NCBI GenBank assembly: GCA_008369845.1
Contig: MRSU01000499.1
Location: forward strand, 1-46,766
From: Trichomonas gallinae
Lineage: Eukaryota
Direction of reading: 5' to 3'
DNA length: 46,766 nt
Both the position numbers and the translations under genes were made by a program. Positions 1 to 10,399 of this stretch are shown one piece after another. The notes beneath the pieces are model-generated. The model did no database searches, was not told the origin of the DNA, and saw only the letters and a list, made by a program, of their open reading frames with translations. How positions within the stretch are numbered: the first letter of the stretch is position 1; the number at the start of each line of letters is the position of its first letter.

Positions 1-77
1 GTCCTGCCACTTTGGGTCCCAAGAAATTGAATACGTATCGAAAAAGCTGTCTGACATCAGAAAAACGGGGGACAGTA
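1..77. mobile_element. Possible right terminus of a TA-targeting DNA transposon, truncated by the window start
   Basis: Relatively GC-rich 75 bp with short palindromes (TTGGGTCCCAA, ATACGTAT), ending ...CGGGGGACAG|TA and then switching abruptly to AT-rich DNA. No partner TIR in the window. Confidence 0.3.
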
Positions 78-304
78 AATAATTTTTATCTTCAAAATAT
101 TATAATTGATTTTACATTGTTCAAGTGATATATCCATATTATAGCCTTGCTATTCATATTATAATTTCACAATAAGTTCCACACTTAATTTTTCCAAAAA
201 TTCAATTTGATTGTTGCAATTGGAGATAATATTCATATATAAATGAAAAATTGCTTTAAACAAACATATTTTTATAATAAACAAACAAAAAGCCATAGTA
301 ATAA

Positions 305-2155
305 TTATTTCACACCGAATTTGTTGTGCTTTCCAAATACTTGTACCCATGTAATCAAATCATCAGCTCTTCGCAGAATTTTATCTAGCTTGCTGCACCA
401 CTCTTCAGCAGACTTTATGTCTATATTTCCTTTTTCTATTGACTTCCAATGATGCAGTTGTTTCGAAACATTTGTAGAGATATATGTCATGACCTTAGCA
501 ACTCTTTCTGCTGTAGAAACTCTGTCCCTGTAATTTCCCAATGTTCTGTTTAATTCCACCATTGACTTGCTGATATCTACACTTTTGATTTTCACGAAAC
601 TATCTTTTTTCTTTAGACTATCCTTCTTCTTTGTTAATGATTCACTCATCTTTGAGGCTGCATTCTCAAGCTGACTCACAGATTTGGATAATATATATAC
701 CCTGTCGTCATTAAATGTTTTGCTTTCAGATAGTACTCGATTTTCTGCTTTCTTCTTATGTATGTTTCTCGCGTCATTTAAAAGCTTAATTTTTTCGTGC
801 TCCATGATCTCTATTGATTCCATTGTGTGGTTGATTTCCTCGAGCACATCGCTGACATCTTGCTGAGCTTTGTTGACAGATAGTTGCAGTGATGTGTTAA
901 GTTTTCTGTGTTTAGATCTTTCTTCGACAACTTGTTCCGAATTTATTATGTCATCTTCAGGATTTTCTGCTTCCTCTGTTCTCGATATCTGTATTTTGAG
1001 AAGGTCTTTTAATTCATTTAGCTCTTTAGAAAGTTGCTGTGAGAGATCAACATATTTATCATTTGTTAGATTCTCTAGTTCGATTTTTTGATCTGTCTCA
1101 TCGATGAAATTGTATATTTTCTCATTTTCTTGTTCAATCTGTTGCAAATCTTTATCTATAGCTGCTATTTCATTTTTAAGATGATCGATAATCTCATCTT
1201 GTTTTGATTTATCCTTAAAAACCATTTCCAAATCAGATTTTGACTGATTTAGTTCTTCTTCGATCATTGATGTCTCTTCTTCTAGCGCGATTTGTCTTAG
1301 ATTTGATCTATTATACAGTGAATTTCCTTGATAGAGTCTCATTTTTGATATTTCTTCAAGCATCTCTAGCTTTTGACGTAGATATTTCTCTATTTTATTC
1401 TTTTTTCTCTGTATTTCGGACTCATACATTCGAATTTGATCTCTGATATCATTATAGCCAGTATTCATGCCTTGTATTGAAGAATGCACATCACATACTC
1501 TGTCTATCATTTCGGAAAGCTTCTGTTGGTATTCTATCTCGTTTTGAATTTTGATTTTTGCTTCATCTCGTTGAATAATCAAATTTCCATAAGTATCTAT
1601 TTCATTTTTCGTGTCTTCAATAAGCTGCTGATAGTGTTTACAATCTGATTCTATTAAAACTGGTTCATTTGCTAAATTAATTTTTTTCGGTGTATTTAGT
1701 TGAAAATTCGTATCTTCTAACGCACTATCTTGTAATGTGAGCGATTTAAGCTGTCTTGTGAGAGTTGTAAGAGTTTTCGATAATTCTGTCTTCTGTTTGT
1801 TATTTACAATAGCATTACTTCGTAATTCTGCTAAATTCTTCTTTAGTAAATCTTCTTCTGCATTAAGTTTGCCGATTTCTTCGTTATATCCTTGCTCAAA
1901 ATTCTTTTGTGTATCGTAGAGTTCTTTTCCTTTTTCCAAAACAGTATCTGCGTATTGCTGTAGTATAGAGCTCCTATCTTTCAAGTTTTGATACAAATTT
2001 GCTATCGTTTTTCCAAAATCTTGAATCTGAACATCTCTAAAATCAATTTGTGCATAAGTATTTTTGATTTGGGCTTCGAATCTATCAAGTCTCTCACCAA
2101 GCTTGATGACTTCTTCACTCAAAAAATGCTTTTCTTCGATGCAAAGATTCATCAT
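305..2155 (-). CDS. Long coiled-coil protein (616 aa), unknown function
   Basis: Uninterrupted ATG-initiated ORF with E/K/Q/L-rich heptad pattern throughout; no catalytic motif recognised. Confidence 0.85.
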   Translation of the reverse strand: MMNLCIEEKHFLSEEVIKLGERLDRFEAQIKNTYAQIDFRDVQIQDFGKTIANLYQNLKDRSSILQQYADTVLEKGKELYDTQKNFEQGYNEEIGKLNAEEDLLKKNLAELRSNAIVNNKQKTELSKTLTTLTRQLKSLTLQDSALEDTNFQLNTPKKINLANEPVLIESDCKHYQQLIEDTKNEIDTYGNLIIQRDEAKIKIQNEIEYQQKLSEMIDRVCDVHSSIQGMNTGYNDIRDQIRMYESEIQRKKNKIEKYLRQKLEMLEEISKMRLYQGNSLYNRSNLRQIALEEETSMIEEELNQSKSDLEMVFKDKSKQDEIIDHLKNEIAAIDKDLQQIEQENEKIYNFIDETDQKIELENLTNDKYVDLSQQLSKELNELKDLLKIQISRTEEAENPEDDIINSEQVVEERSKHRKLNTSLQLSVNKAQQDVSDVLEEINHTMESIEIMEHEKIKLLNDARNIHKKKAENRVLSESKTFNDDRVYILSKSVSQLENAASKMSESLTKKKDSLKKKDSFVKIKSVDISKSMVELNRTLGNYRDRVSTAERVAKVMTYISTNVSKQLHHWKSIEKGNIDIKSAEEWCSKLDKILRRADDLITWVQVFGKHNKFGVK

Positions 2156-2191
2156 ATATTTTTAAACGTCTTTTGTACGAATTTTAAAATA

Positions 2192-2284
2192 TTTGACACG
2201 TAAAACACAATTTGACATATAAAATCATAATAAATTTGTTTCATAAATTTTGTGACATGTAAACATGAATTTGACGCGTAAAAT
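2192..2284. repeat. Short array of TGACRYRTAAA motifs upstream of the 305..2155 gene
   Basis: TGACACGTAAAA (2194), TGACATATAAAA (2213), TGACATGTAAA (2253), TGACGCGTAAAA (2272); spacing 19/40/19. Confidence 0.6.
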
Positions 2285-2975
2285 TTAATGTTCTTTTTGC
2301 ACTGTTCAAAGTTGATTTGGTATAAAGTTTAATTCTTCATATATAAAGGTTCTAAAGAATGCTTAATATTTGGACATTTTTGATGTGAATAGAGATTCGT
2401 TCTATTTACCATAATTTGCGAAATAAGTTGAAATTTTTTTTTGCACCCTTAGCCATTTTGCACTCGAAAGTTATGTCTTCAAACCATTTAAATATACTCA
2501 TAGAATGTCTATAACTTCAGTTAGGAAAATTATTATTTACACAAATTTTCTTTAAATCGAGTTTTTATTATTCACACATAATTTCTAAGTTAATTTTATG
2601 ATCAAAATGAGAATAATTAATTTTGTTTGTAAAACGTAAAATTTGTCATGTAATTTTTTTGATGAAAAATATTTCGGAGATATTAAATATATCATAGAAG
2701 GAAAATTGATTTCCCGAAGTATTTTACCGTTTATTTGGAATTTTACGTGCGTCAGAATCATCAATTTTGTCAAACAGACAACAAACTTGAAAATAAACAT
2801 ACAAATCAATAGAAAACATTCAACAGCATAGAAATACTTAATCAAATCAAGAAAATATTAACCACTAATTGAAAATATTTTAGCTTTCGCAAAATTTCTT
2901 GAAAAAACTAACATTTATAGGTAGGTCATTGAGTTTATCACTTCCATTTTCAAAAACAATTTTACAATTTTTTTG

Positions 2976-5900
2976 ATGTTTTTTTCCTGGTTCACCATTT
3001 CATGCTTGAAGACTTGTATGGATGAAAGCATGAATGGTTCGAACGTAGCAATACTTTCATCGAACCGGGATTCTTATGTTGTCGGTTTTCAACTAATATC
3101 AAAAGGATTCAACGTAACATTCGGAGAAATTAGCCATGCAAAATATTTACTGGTTTACGATAATAGATGCCCAATAAATTACGTTGAAACTGACCCACTA
3201 GTCGATATTATTTCATATAACAGTGAGAAAATATCACTCACAGAAGAAGAATTCTTATATTTTATTTTTAGCATATTAATACTATTACTGATTTACATAT
3301 ACAAAAGGAAATTCAAGCAAGTTATTTATCATGTAAAGAATTTCAAATTCGAATTGACAAACAAAACAATAAATAACATCGATCTTCGCAATGGACCTTA
3401 CAAAATCTATGATGAAGATTTCTCATACTTCAAAAGTCGAGCTTATATTCCTGTATCAAAAAATACAACAGCAATTATCAAATGGAAGACTAAAATCATG
3501 TCTCTGTCAACCATTGGACAGTTTGAAATACCTTTCGCATGCTATTTCATGACAGATGAGCAAGAAAAGCTTCAAGAATTTCCAGCAGTCATTAGAACGT
3601 CATCTGTGCCTGGAACATGCATTTTGAACGTTGTAGACTCTCAGGTGACATGCAGGCCACGTGTTGAGCCCGAAGTTTTGCATTGTTTTTCGAAATCTGC
3701 TTCGTCAATTTATTTAATCATCGGAACTTTATCTGCGAAGTTCATTCGCTGCTCAAGCATCGAAGATCTTCGAAACCTATTCATGACTGTTTCGAACGTA
3801 ATCAATGTTCAAAGTTCGATGCTAATTTTAATAACTCCTTGCGAAAGCAAACTTATTTACATTAGTGGTACAGAAAAAGAACGTGAAAACTTAATGCATA
3901 TTATATCACATGTTACACCGCCAGAAGGAACTCCTTTCATCGACGGATCAATAACAATCGAGGACAAAAGGGTATGGGGCGGTGGATATCGTGTAGCAGA
4001 TTGTGTTGTTGTAACAGCATTCTTAAGACACTGCCAAACATCAGTAATAAGAGGACCAGAAAAAACTATGACGCAATTATTGTCACTTTTCTTCGCTGGT
4101 GTTTCCGAGCAGTTTATTCGCTCACCGGCCAAAAGATTCACAGAATACAAAGACTGGATGATAGAGCACAGGTCACCAGAAGATATACAACTCATCAATT
4201 ACGGAAAGAAATTAGTCAGAGAAAGCATTGGAACTATTTTCGATACAAGAAAACAACCAATGTATAGTTTCTTCTCTGATCATTCCAGCAGACTTATTCG
4301 CCTCATTCCTCCAGCGATAATAGAGAGGCGCAGGAACTGCATCCTTCACGCCGGATACTTGAAGTATTTAGTCTGCTTCATTGGCGAGAAATACGGATTT
4401 ATTATTCAGCTAGGCTACGAAAACGATTTCTTCAAATTTACAGCAACTTTCGGTGTTGACTGTCTCCTTTGGGTCATCAACCAGCGCAATACTAAGCAAA
4501 CGTTGTTCAGTTCCATAGGTATTGAGTTCGACAAGTTTGTAGAGAAGTTAACACCAGGTGATGCGAATAATGTTGAAGCTGCCGTTAAACACGTTTTAGA
4601 GCACAAAGATTCCAGTCTTTCAGCTGATTTCCATTACAATGGTCGCCACTACAGTGTCAGCATTGCTTGCACTTGCAGCGATTTGCTGAGAGTCGTCGCT
4701 CTTTCTACAGATGACAGGTCAAAAAGAGAAAGAGAAGTGCGCGAGATCGAAAAGTCAGTTTCAATTGCACTGTCAACAGGCAGAGTCTCTATATGGAGCT
4801 ACGAAGACACTGAGAACCCGGTGAGAGTGTACAGCCAATGGCCAGACCCAAGAGCAACATCAATCGCAAACAAGACAACAATTATGTTCAACATTCCAAT
4901 GGAATACCAAGAAAGTGTTTTCGCGAGTTTCAAAACATGCATCAGCGATAAACGCGCGTTCAGTATTGACGTTCCTGTCATGATGAACACGGTCAGATGG
5001 TTCTCTATAAGAGGTATAAGGAGTGGACCTTCGTCAATATTACTTTTAATGATTGACATCACAGCAACAAAGAACGCAGAAGAACACTTGAGAATCGAAA
5101 AGAGTAGATTCGTTGAAGCAGCGACAGCTAAAACGAAATTCCTCGCAAACATGAGCCACGAAATAAGGAATCCATTAAATGGAATGTCAGGACTTCTCGA
5201 GTTGTTAATGTCAACAGATGTTGTCGAAAAATACTCAGACAACTGCGAAATTTTGTCAGACAGTTTCCAGAATCTTATAGAGCTCCTTAACGATATTTTA
5301 GACTTGGCGAAAATCGAGCAGAACCAGATGCATCCAAGCTTCACTGATTTTGATCCTCTTCAAGTTCTTAACGATTGCTTGGCTAAGCCTGTTAAGCAGT
5401 GCAACAAGAATGGAATCGCGTTTAATCCTGTCGTCGATCCAAAGCTAGCATACGTTGTTCACGGAGATCCACACATTTTCGCTCGCGTTGCATCGAATCT
5501 TGTGTCAAACGCTGTCAAGTTCACGAAGAGAGGATCAATAACAATCACTTTACAATCAGATCAAGAAGACAACTTGAAGCTAACTGTACAAGACACAGGA
5601 ATTGGAATTTCTCACGACTTCCAGCAGAAAATTTTCGGAATTTTCCTGCAGGGAGACAACTCCATTACTAGAAGTTTCGGAGGAATTGGCGTAGGACTGG
5701 CGCTAGTCAATAAGATGCTGCAGCTGATCAATGGACACATCACTCTAAAAAGCAATGTTGGAAGAGGAAGTGCATTTAATGTAACTTTCCCTTATCAAAG
5801 CCAGTTTTTGCCATACATTCCTCAGACACTCAAAAACAAGACTCACCACCAAGTTCTGAATCTCGCTGGTCCAAGGGTTTACTCTGTATGTCAGCCGCAC

Positions 5901-6548
5901 TGCGAATTCTTCGGCCATGAATTAATCAATGAAATTGATTTGGTCAATGATCATCTCTCGCTTATTTTGATCGACAGCACAGAGCAATGCATTGAGCAGG
6001 CGAAGGAGCTGATCAAGAAGTATCCTGATGCTCAGGCTGCTGTTGTTTCAGGACATGATTTGTCACAGGATGTTATTCCTGGTGTTATCAACGTCAAAGG
6101 ATGGGTAAGAGACTTGCCGAGACTGTTTTCTGATATTATATGGCGCAGAAAGAAGATTAAGAAGAAACAATCGAGAGGCGGACTCAAAGTTCTTTTGGCA
6201 GAGGATAACCCAACTAACCAGTTGTTCATGAGAAAAGTCTTCGAAAAACTATCAACAGAGGCTACAATTGTTGACAACGGTGCTGATGCTTTGAAGAAAC
6301 TGAGCACATCGATGTTTGATTTAGTAATACTCGATCAGCACATGCCTGTGATGGATGGGCCGTCTTGCGCAATGGCTATTAGGAGCAGCAACGAGGTTTG
6401 GTCTAAGATTCCGATTATTGCGTTGACTGCAAGCCACTCTAAAGAAGATGAGAACGCTTGTTTATCTGCTGGAATGGACTCTTTCTTGACAAAGCCAGTT
6501 ACAATCAGAATGATTCAATCTTTACTCGATAAGTACGAATTAATTTAA
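2976..6548 (+). CDS. Membrane-anchored hybrid sensor histidine kinase (TM, PAS-like region, HisKA, HATPase_c, receiver)
   Basis: H-box FLANMSHEIRNPLNGM; N-box NLVSNAVKFT; G1 VQDTGIGI; G2 GGIGVGLA; receiver VLLAEDNPTNQ...ILDQHMPVMDG...IIALTA...FLTKP; TM segment FLYFIFSILILLLIYIY. First ATG at 2976 (track start is TTG). Confidence 0.95.
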   Translation: MFFSWFTISCLKTCMDESMNGSNVAILSSNRDSYVVGFQLISKGFNVTFGEISHAKYLLVYDNRCPINYVETDPLVDIISYNSEKISLTEEEFLYFIFSILILLLIYIYKRKFKQVIYHVKNFKFELTNKTINNIDLRNGPYKIYDEDFSYFKSRAYIPVSKNTTAIIKWKTKIMSLSTIGQFEIPFACYFMTDEQEKLQEFPAVIRTSSVPGTCILNVVDSQVTCRPRVEPEVLHCFSKSASSIYLIIGTLSAKFIRCSSIEDLRNLFMTVSNVINVQSSMLILITPCESKLIYISGTEKERENLMHIISHVTPPEGTPFIDGSITIEDKRVWGGGYRVADCVVVTAFLRHCQTSVIRGPEKTMTQLLSLFFAGVSEQFIRSPAKRFTEYKDWMIEHRSPEDIQLINYGKKLVRESIGTIFDTRKQPMYSFFSDHSSRLIRLIPPAIIERRRNCILHAGYLKYLVCFIGEKYGFIIQLGYENDFFKFTATFGVDCLLWVINQRNTKQTLFSSIGIEFDKFVEKLTPGDANNVEAAVKHVLEHKDSSLSADFHYNGRHYSVSIACTCSDLLRVVALSTDDRSKREREVREIEKSVSIALSTGRVSIWSYEDTENPVRVYSQWPDPRATSIANKTTIMFNIPMEYQESVFASFKTCISDKRAFSIDVPVMMNTVRWFSIRGIRSGPSSILLLMIDITATKNAEEHLRIEKSRFVEAATAKTKFLANMSHEIRNPLNGMSGLLELLMSTDVVEKYSDNCEILSDSFQNLIELLNDILDLAKIEQNQMHPSFTDFDPLQVLNDCLAKPVKQCNKNGIAFNPVVDPKLAYVVHGDPHIFARVASNLVSNAVKFTKRGSITITLQSDQEDNLKLTVQDTGIGISHDFQQKIFGIFLQGDNSITRSFGGIGVGLALVNKMLQLINGHITLKSNVGRGSAFNVTFPYQSQFLPYIPQTLKNKTHHQVLNLAGPRVYSVCQPHCEFFGHELINEIDLVNDHLSLILIDSTEQCIEQAKELIKKYPDAQAAVVSGHDLSQDVIPGVINVKGWVRDLPRLFSDIIWRRKKIKKKQSRGGLKVLLAEDNPTNQLFMRKVFEKLSTEATIVDNGADALKKLSTSMFDLVILDQHMPVMDGPSCAMAIRSSNEVWSKIPIIALTASHSKEDENACLSAGMDSFLTKPVTIRMIQSLLDKYELI

Positions 6549-7137
6549 CTTTTTATTTGTTTATTATATCATTATACTAAAGCTTGTTATAATAGTTCGA
6601 AATTTAACATCCATTTTAGAGCGCAAAACATTTTCAACGAGGATATTGCATGACATTTATCTCCAAATTTAGAAGCATATGAACTATCAATACTAATTGT
6701 GGTTAAAGAATAGTTCATATTGAATAATATTGTTTAAATATCAGCGCATGTTTTCCAACATGTTAACAAAATAAAAATTGATTCATGAAAATTTTCGTCA
6801 ATTTCACGATATTTCTTGATGAAATGATGATAATAATTATAAAAGTATAACACAAATAGATTTAGGCCAAGAACCAAAATTAAATTTTAGACGAAGATAG
6901 TTTAATATACAATAGTAAGTTGCGCACGAAAGATAGAATATTTTATTATACATTGCTTAAAGGATTTTATATAATGTGTTATTCAAAGAAATATAGGTAC
7001 AATATTGCAGAAAATTCACTTTTTGATTCCCGTAATTTTGATAAAAATTCATTTTAATTTAAATATTTAATCATGAAATAATATCATATGAAGTCTATTT
7101 TTTTACATGGAAAATTGCCAAAAAAAAAAAAGTAAAA

Positions 7138-8346
7138 ATGGCTGGAAGGATAATCATTTACGCAAGTAGTCATGGATGGGGCCACAATGCTCGCTTGATT
7201 CCGATTATTGACCAGTTATGGGAGTATCCTATTGAAATAGTTTCGACAGCTCCTGAGTGGTTCATCAAAACATCATTAAAACATTGGCGTAAGAAACCAA
7301 TAATCGTTCGTCCGATCAAAACAGATCCAGGATGCACACAAATCGACCCATTTACAATAAACGAAGAAGTTTCAATAAAAAATTGGATTGATACTTGGGA
7401 ATCAAAGGACAAATTGCTTGCAGATGAGCTCAAATACCTAAGATCAGGTGCACCAGTTCGCCTAATCATCTCAGATATTTCATATTTCGGTCAATTAGTT
7501 GCAGAAAACCTCAGAGTTCCTTCAATATGCATTGCTACGTTTGACTGGGAGTTTGTATACAAGAATCTGTTGCCAAAGAACGAAAAACTCAAACAAATTA
7601 TTACAGATGTTGATGAAATTAGCAAACGCTTCGATTACTGCTTAGTTCCTGGAACGATGTGCGCACCTCTTTGCATTGGCAAGCAGCAAATCGCGTTCCA
7701 CTGGCTTTCAAGAAAACCAACAATTCCTTCAACAGAAATGCGTCAAAAACTCAATTTGAACCTCTATATGGACTCAGTTCTCCTCAGTTTTGGCGGCCAC
7801 ACTTTGAATAAGATTCCATCATATATTTGGTCACAATACGGAAACATCCAGTTTTTCGTCTTAATGGGCGAAAACGAGATTACGAAAGAACCGGCCGAGA
7901 ACGTTCACTTCCTTCCAAACGAGAAGTGGTCGAGGATGCACACGGATTTAGTCAGAACAGTCGACTGCGTCTTCGGAAAAGTAGGCTACGGACTTTGCTC
8001 AGAAGTTACTCACTGTAAGAAGCCTTTCCTAAACGTCGCGAGCAACTGGAATCCGGAGTCCAAGGTTCTCGAGAGGTTCATGGAAACGACAGTGCCAATG
8101 AGAACAATCACAGAGGAGCAGTTCTTGAGTGGAGAATGGGAGCCGCTTCTCGAATTGATCGAAGCTGAACGTGATCCAGACAGATATGTCGATGTTCAAG
8201 TCGATGGCGAAGTCCAGATCGCTGAATGGATACGAAACTTGCTTGGCGACAAGAAACCTCTCGATATAAGGATTCCAATGTGGGTTTACGGACTCATCTT
8301 GGTCTTCATTTCATGGATTATTTTGCAGTTTGGTAAGAAACATTAA
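7138..8346 (+). CDS. GT-B fold glycosyltransferase-like protein (resembles the L-arabinokinase N-terminal domain) with C-terminal TM anchor
   Basis: N-terminal SSHGWGHNAR motif, LIISDI, VLLSFGG, VFGKVGYGLCSE; hydrophobic tail WVYGLILVFISWIILQF; stop lies within TAAA. Confidence 0.8.
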   Translation: MAGRIIIYASSHGWGHNARLIPIIDQLWEYPIEIVSTAPEWFIKTSLKHWRKKPIIVRPIKTDPGCTQIDPFTINEEVSIKNWIDTWESKDKLLADELKYLRSGAPVRLIISDISYFGQLVAENLRVPSICIATFDWEFVYKNLLPKNEKLKQIITDVDEISKRFDYCLVPGTMCAPLCIGKQQIAFHWLSRKPTIPSTEMRQKLNLNLYMDSVLLSFGGHTLNKIPSYIWSQYGNIQFFVLMGENEITKEPAENVHFLPNEKWSRMHTDLVRTVDCVFGKVGYGLCSEVTHCKKPFLNVASNWNPESKVLERFMETTVPMRTITEEQFLSGEWEPLLELIEAERDPDRYVDVQVDGEVQIAEWIRNLLGDKKPLDIRIPMWVYGLILVFISWIILQFGKKH

Positions 8347-8582
8347 ATTTTATTTTGTTATTTTTGAATATATATCATAAACGTTCATTTATCAATCATA
8401 ATTTCTAGTACACTTCTATTATACCTTTACATGAATTCCAGCATTAAGTATTTCACTTAGCAATGTTGGTTTGGATCAAATTAGCATATATATGATGAAT
8501 AAATGATTTTTGAGTGATTTTCATATAATTTAGAAGAAATGTTTGTTTTCATATAACATTCTATAGAATCCAATCCCTAATT

Positions 8583-8915
8583 ATGGTGGAAATCTATCAT
8601 ATCATTAAATTATATGATATTGATCTTTCAGACTTGACTCTTTCATTCAACGTTGCATCCATAATCAATATGATGAACAAGGCTTTAAAGACCAGTAATT
8701 TAAATATATATGAAAAATTCAAACAAAATTTATTATTTCACCAAACAATACTGATTCGATGCACCAATTTTTTTTTTTTTTTGATTATACTCAATGCATC
8801 TCTATAGTTATACTCTATAATTATAGTTATCTTGAGTGTGGATTTGCAAATCTGGTTGAGTATAAAAGCAAAACAGCATTAATGTTGTCTTCACAAACTG
8901 AACATTTGTCAATGA
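8583..8915 (+). pseudogene. Possible decayed ankyrin-gene remnant
   Basis: Broken short frames; one reads KSKTALMLSSQTEHL, resembling an ankyrin repeat start (TALMxA..GH). Confidence 0.3.
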
Positions 8916-8918
8916 ATC

Positions 8919-9821
8919 CTATATTTCGAACTTACATGTTTTGATTATTTCATTTAAGTCTAGAATCTGAGTTTTAATAGTTTTGACCATTTGCTCAGTA
9001 GAGACAGAATGATCTGCAGGGTTAAAGCCTAGGTCACGCATTACCATGTTATATATTGTCTGTATTGATGTCTTTAAGTTTGAGATTTCTGTCGCAGTGT
9101 CGAAATTTTTCGTTTGATCTCTGAAGAGAAAAGCTTTTCTTTGTCTCCTGGTTTTAATAGCTTTATCGAGTCTAACTAAGGCCCTGTGATACCTATTTTC
9201 TGCGTCAACAACATAAGTATCTTCTAATTTTTGCAACTGCTCTTGTTCTCTCCTTTGCTTATCAATATCATCAATAAGCCGACTAAATAACTTGAGTCTG
9301 TCTTGTTTAGTTTCAATAATCCTGTCGAATTGATTGATTAATTCATCAATTGTGTTAAAATGCCGCGAAATGACAACAGCTTCTTGCATGAAGTCAGTAT
9401 AAGGCTGTAGTTTATCGAGCACATCCTTAAGTTCTTTGCTTTCTTCTTGTTGCATTTGAATTTCATTTTGCATTTCCTGGTACTGCAAGTATATGTTTTT
9501 GTACTTCATTTCTTCCTCAACTTTATGATTTTCGGCTTTTTCGATCTCATTAGTATATACTTTAAGAAAATTTTCGAGATTTTGCTTTTGTTCTTGAAAT
9601 TTCATCTTTTTCTCATTTAAACTATCGATCTTTTTGCTAAATTCCTTTTTCCAAAGTTCGTAGTCTGACTTAGTTCGCTCTAAATCCTGTGTGCAAAAAT
9701 TTAATTCTTGTTGCTTAGCTTTTAGCTCAGGATTGGACTTTTGCCGTGCAAATTTCGGGACACATGTCACCTTTGGATTTGGTTTTTTGTTCAATTCGCC
9801 TGTATTAAGCGAATGTCTCAT
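8919..9821 (-). CDS. Coiled-coil protein, CCDC42/CFAP73 (DUF4200)-like cilia-associated family
   Basis: Likely start MRHSLNT (ATG 9821) about 20 nt after a TCATT initiator; segments NLENFLK, KLQPYTDFMQEAV and FNTIDELINQFD resemble DUF4200 proteins. Confidence 0.7.
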   Translation of the reverse strand: MRHSLNTGELNKKPNPKVTCVPKFARQKSNPELKAKQQELNFCTQDLERTKSDYELWKKEFSKKIDSLNEKKMKFQEQKQNLENFLKVYTNEIEKAENHKVEEEMKYKNIYLQYQEMQNEIQMQQEESKELKDVLDKLQPYTDFMQEAVVISRHFNTIDELINQFDRIIETKQDRLKLFSRLIDDIDKQRREQEQLQKLEDTYVVDAENRYHRALVRLDKAIKTRRQRKAFLFRDQTKNFDTATEISNLKTSIQTIYNMVMRDLGFNPADHSVSTEQMVKTIKTQILDLNEIIKTCKFEI

Positions 9822-10258
9822 TAACGAACAAAAGCTAAAAATGAACAAAATCATGCAAGCAATAATCAAACTTATTGATACTATTCTTATTTTTATTGCT
9901 AAAAATCCAAAATCTCTCTATTTTCGAATTGAATTTTATCAAACATGAATTTGGAATATATTCAAGCTAGATATTTTATATCTGATTGTAAAAGTTTCAA
10001 TTTAATGCGGTATTTAATTATATAATTATGACATACTATCCTTTATTGTGAATCTACGACGTTTTTGCATTTACAAATGACAATATTTTGCTTCAAATGC
10101 TGCATAATACAAGTTTTCTCAATTCGATTTTTGATATTGTAAATACAGCATTTATTTATATATCATCTTGATCACCAAACATACCAGAATCATAGAATTC
10201 CATGAATATATATGATTTTATTTTTGATTCGAAATCTCAAGCGAAATAAGCAGGAAAT

Positions 10259-10330
10259 AGGAAAGAAAGGGGAAAAAGAAGGAAAAAAAGAAGAAAAAGG
10301 GAAGAGAGAAGAAAAAAAAAAAAAAAAAAA
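10259..10330 (+). repeat. 72-nt pure polypurine tract ending in A19
   Basis: Only A/G from 10259 to 10330; A-run at 10312-10330. Confidence 0.9.
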
Positions 10331-10334
10331 TAAA

Positions 10335-10399
10335 GGACATATGTGATAGAGATGTTCCCTGCCGGAGGCGATGATGACGCCACGGAGGTTTGAACATCC
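10335..10399 (-). ncRNA. Candidate small structured RNA (single long hairpin followed by oligo-T)
   Basis: Minus strand folds GGAUGUUC/GAACAUCU, CCU/AGG, CCG/CGG, GGCG/CGCC with a 7-nt loop; preceded by TCATTTT and TATATATAA, followed by TTTA-T19. Family not recognised. Confidence 0.35.

Noticed and set aside
2585..2845. Overlapping 86-aa and 62-aa ORFs in the divergent intergenic region
   Set aside because: Non-ATG starts, AT-driven composition and no motif.
8335..8346. ER-retrieval dilysine signal in GKKH
   Set aside because: Lysines are at -3/-2, not the canonical -3/-4 or -3/-5 positions.
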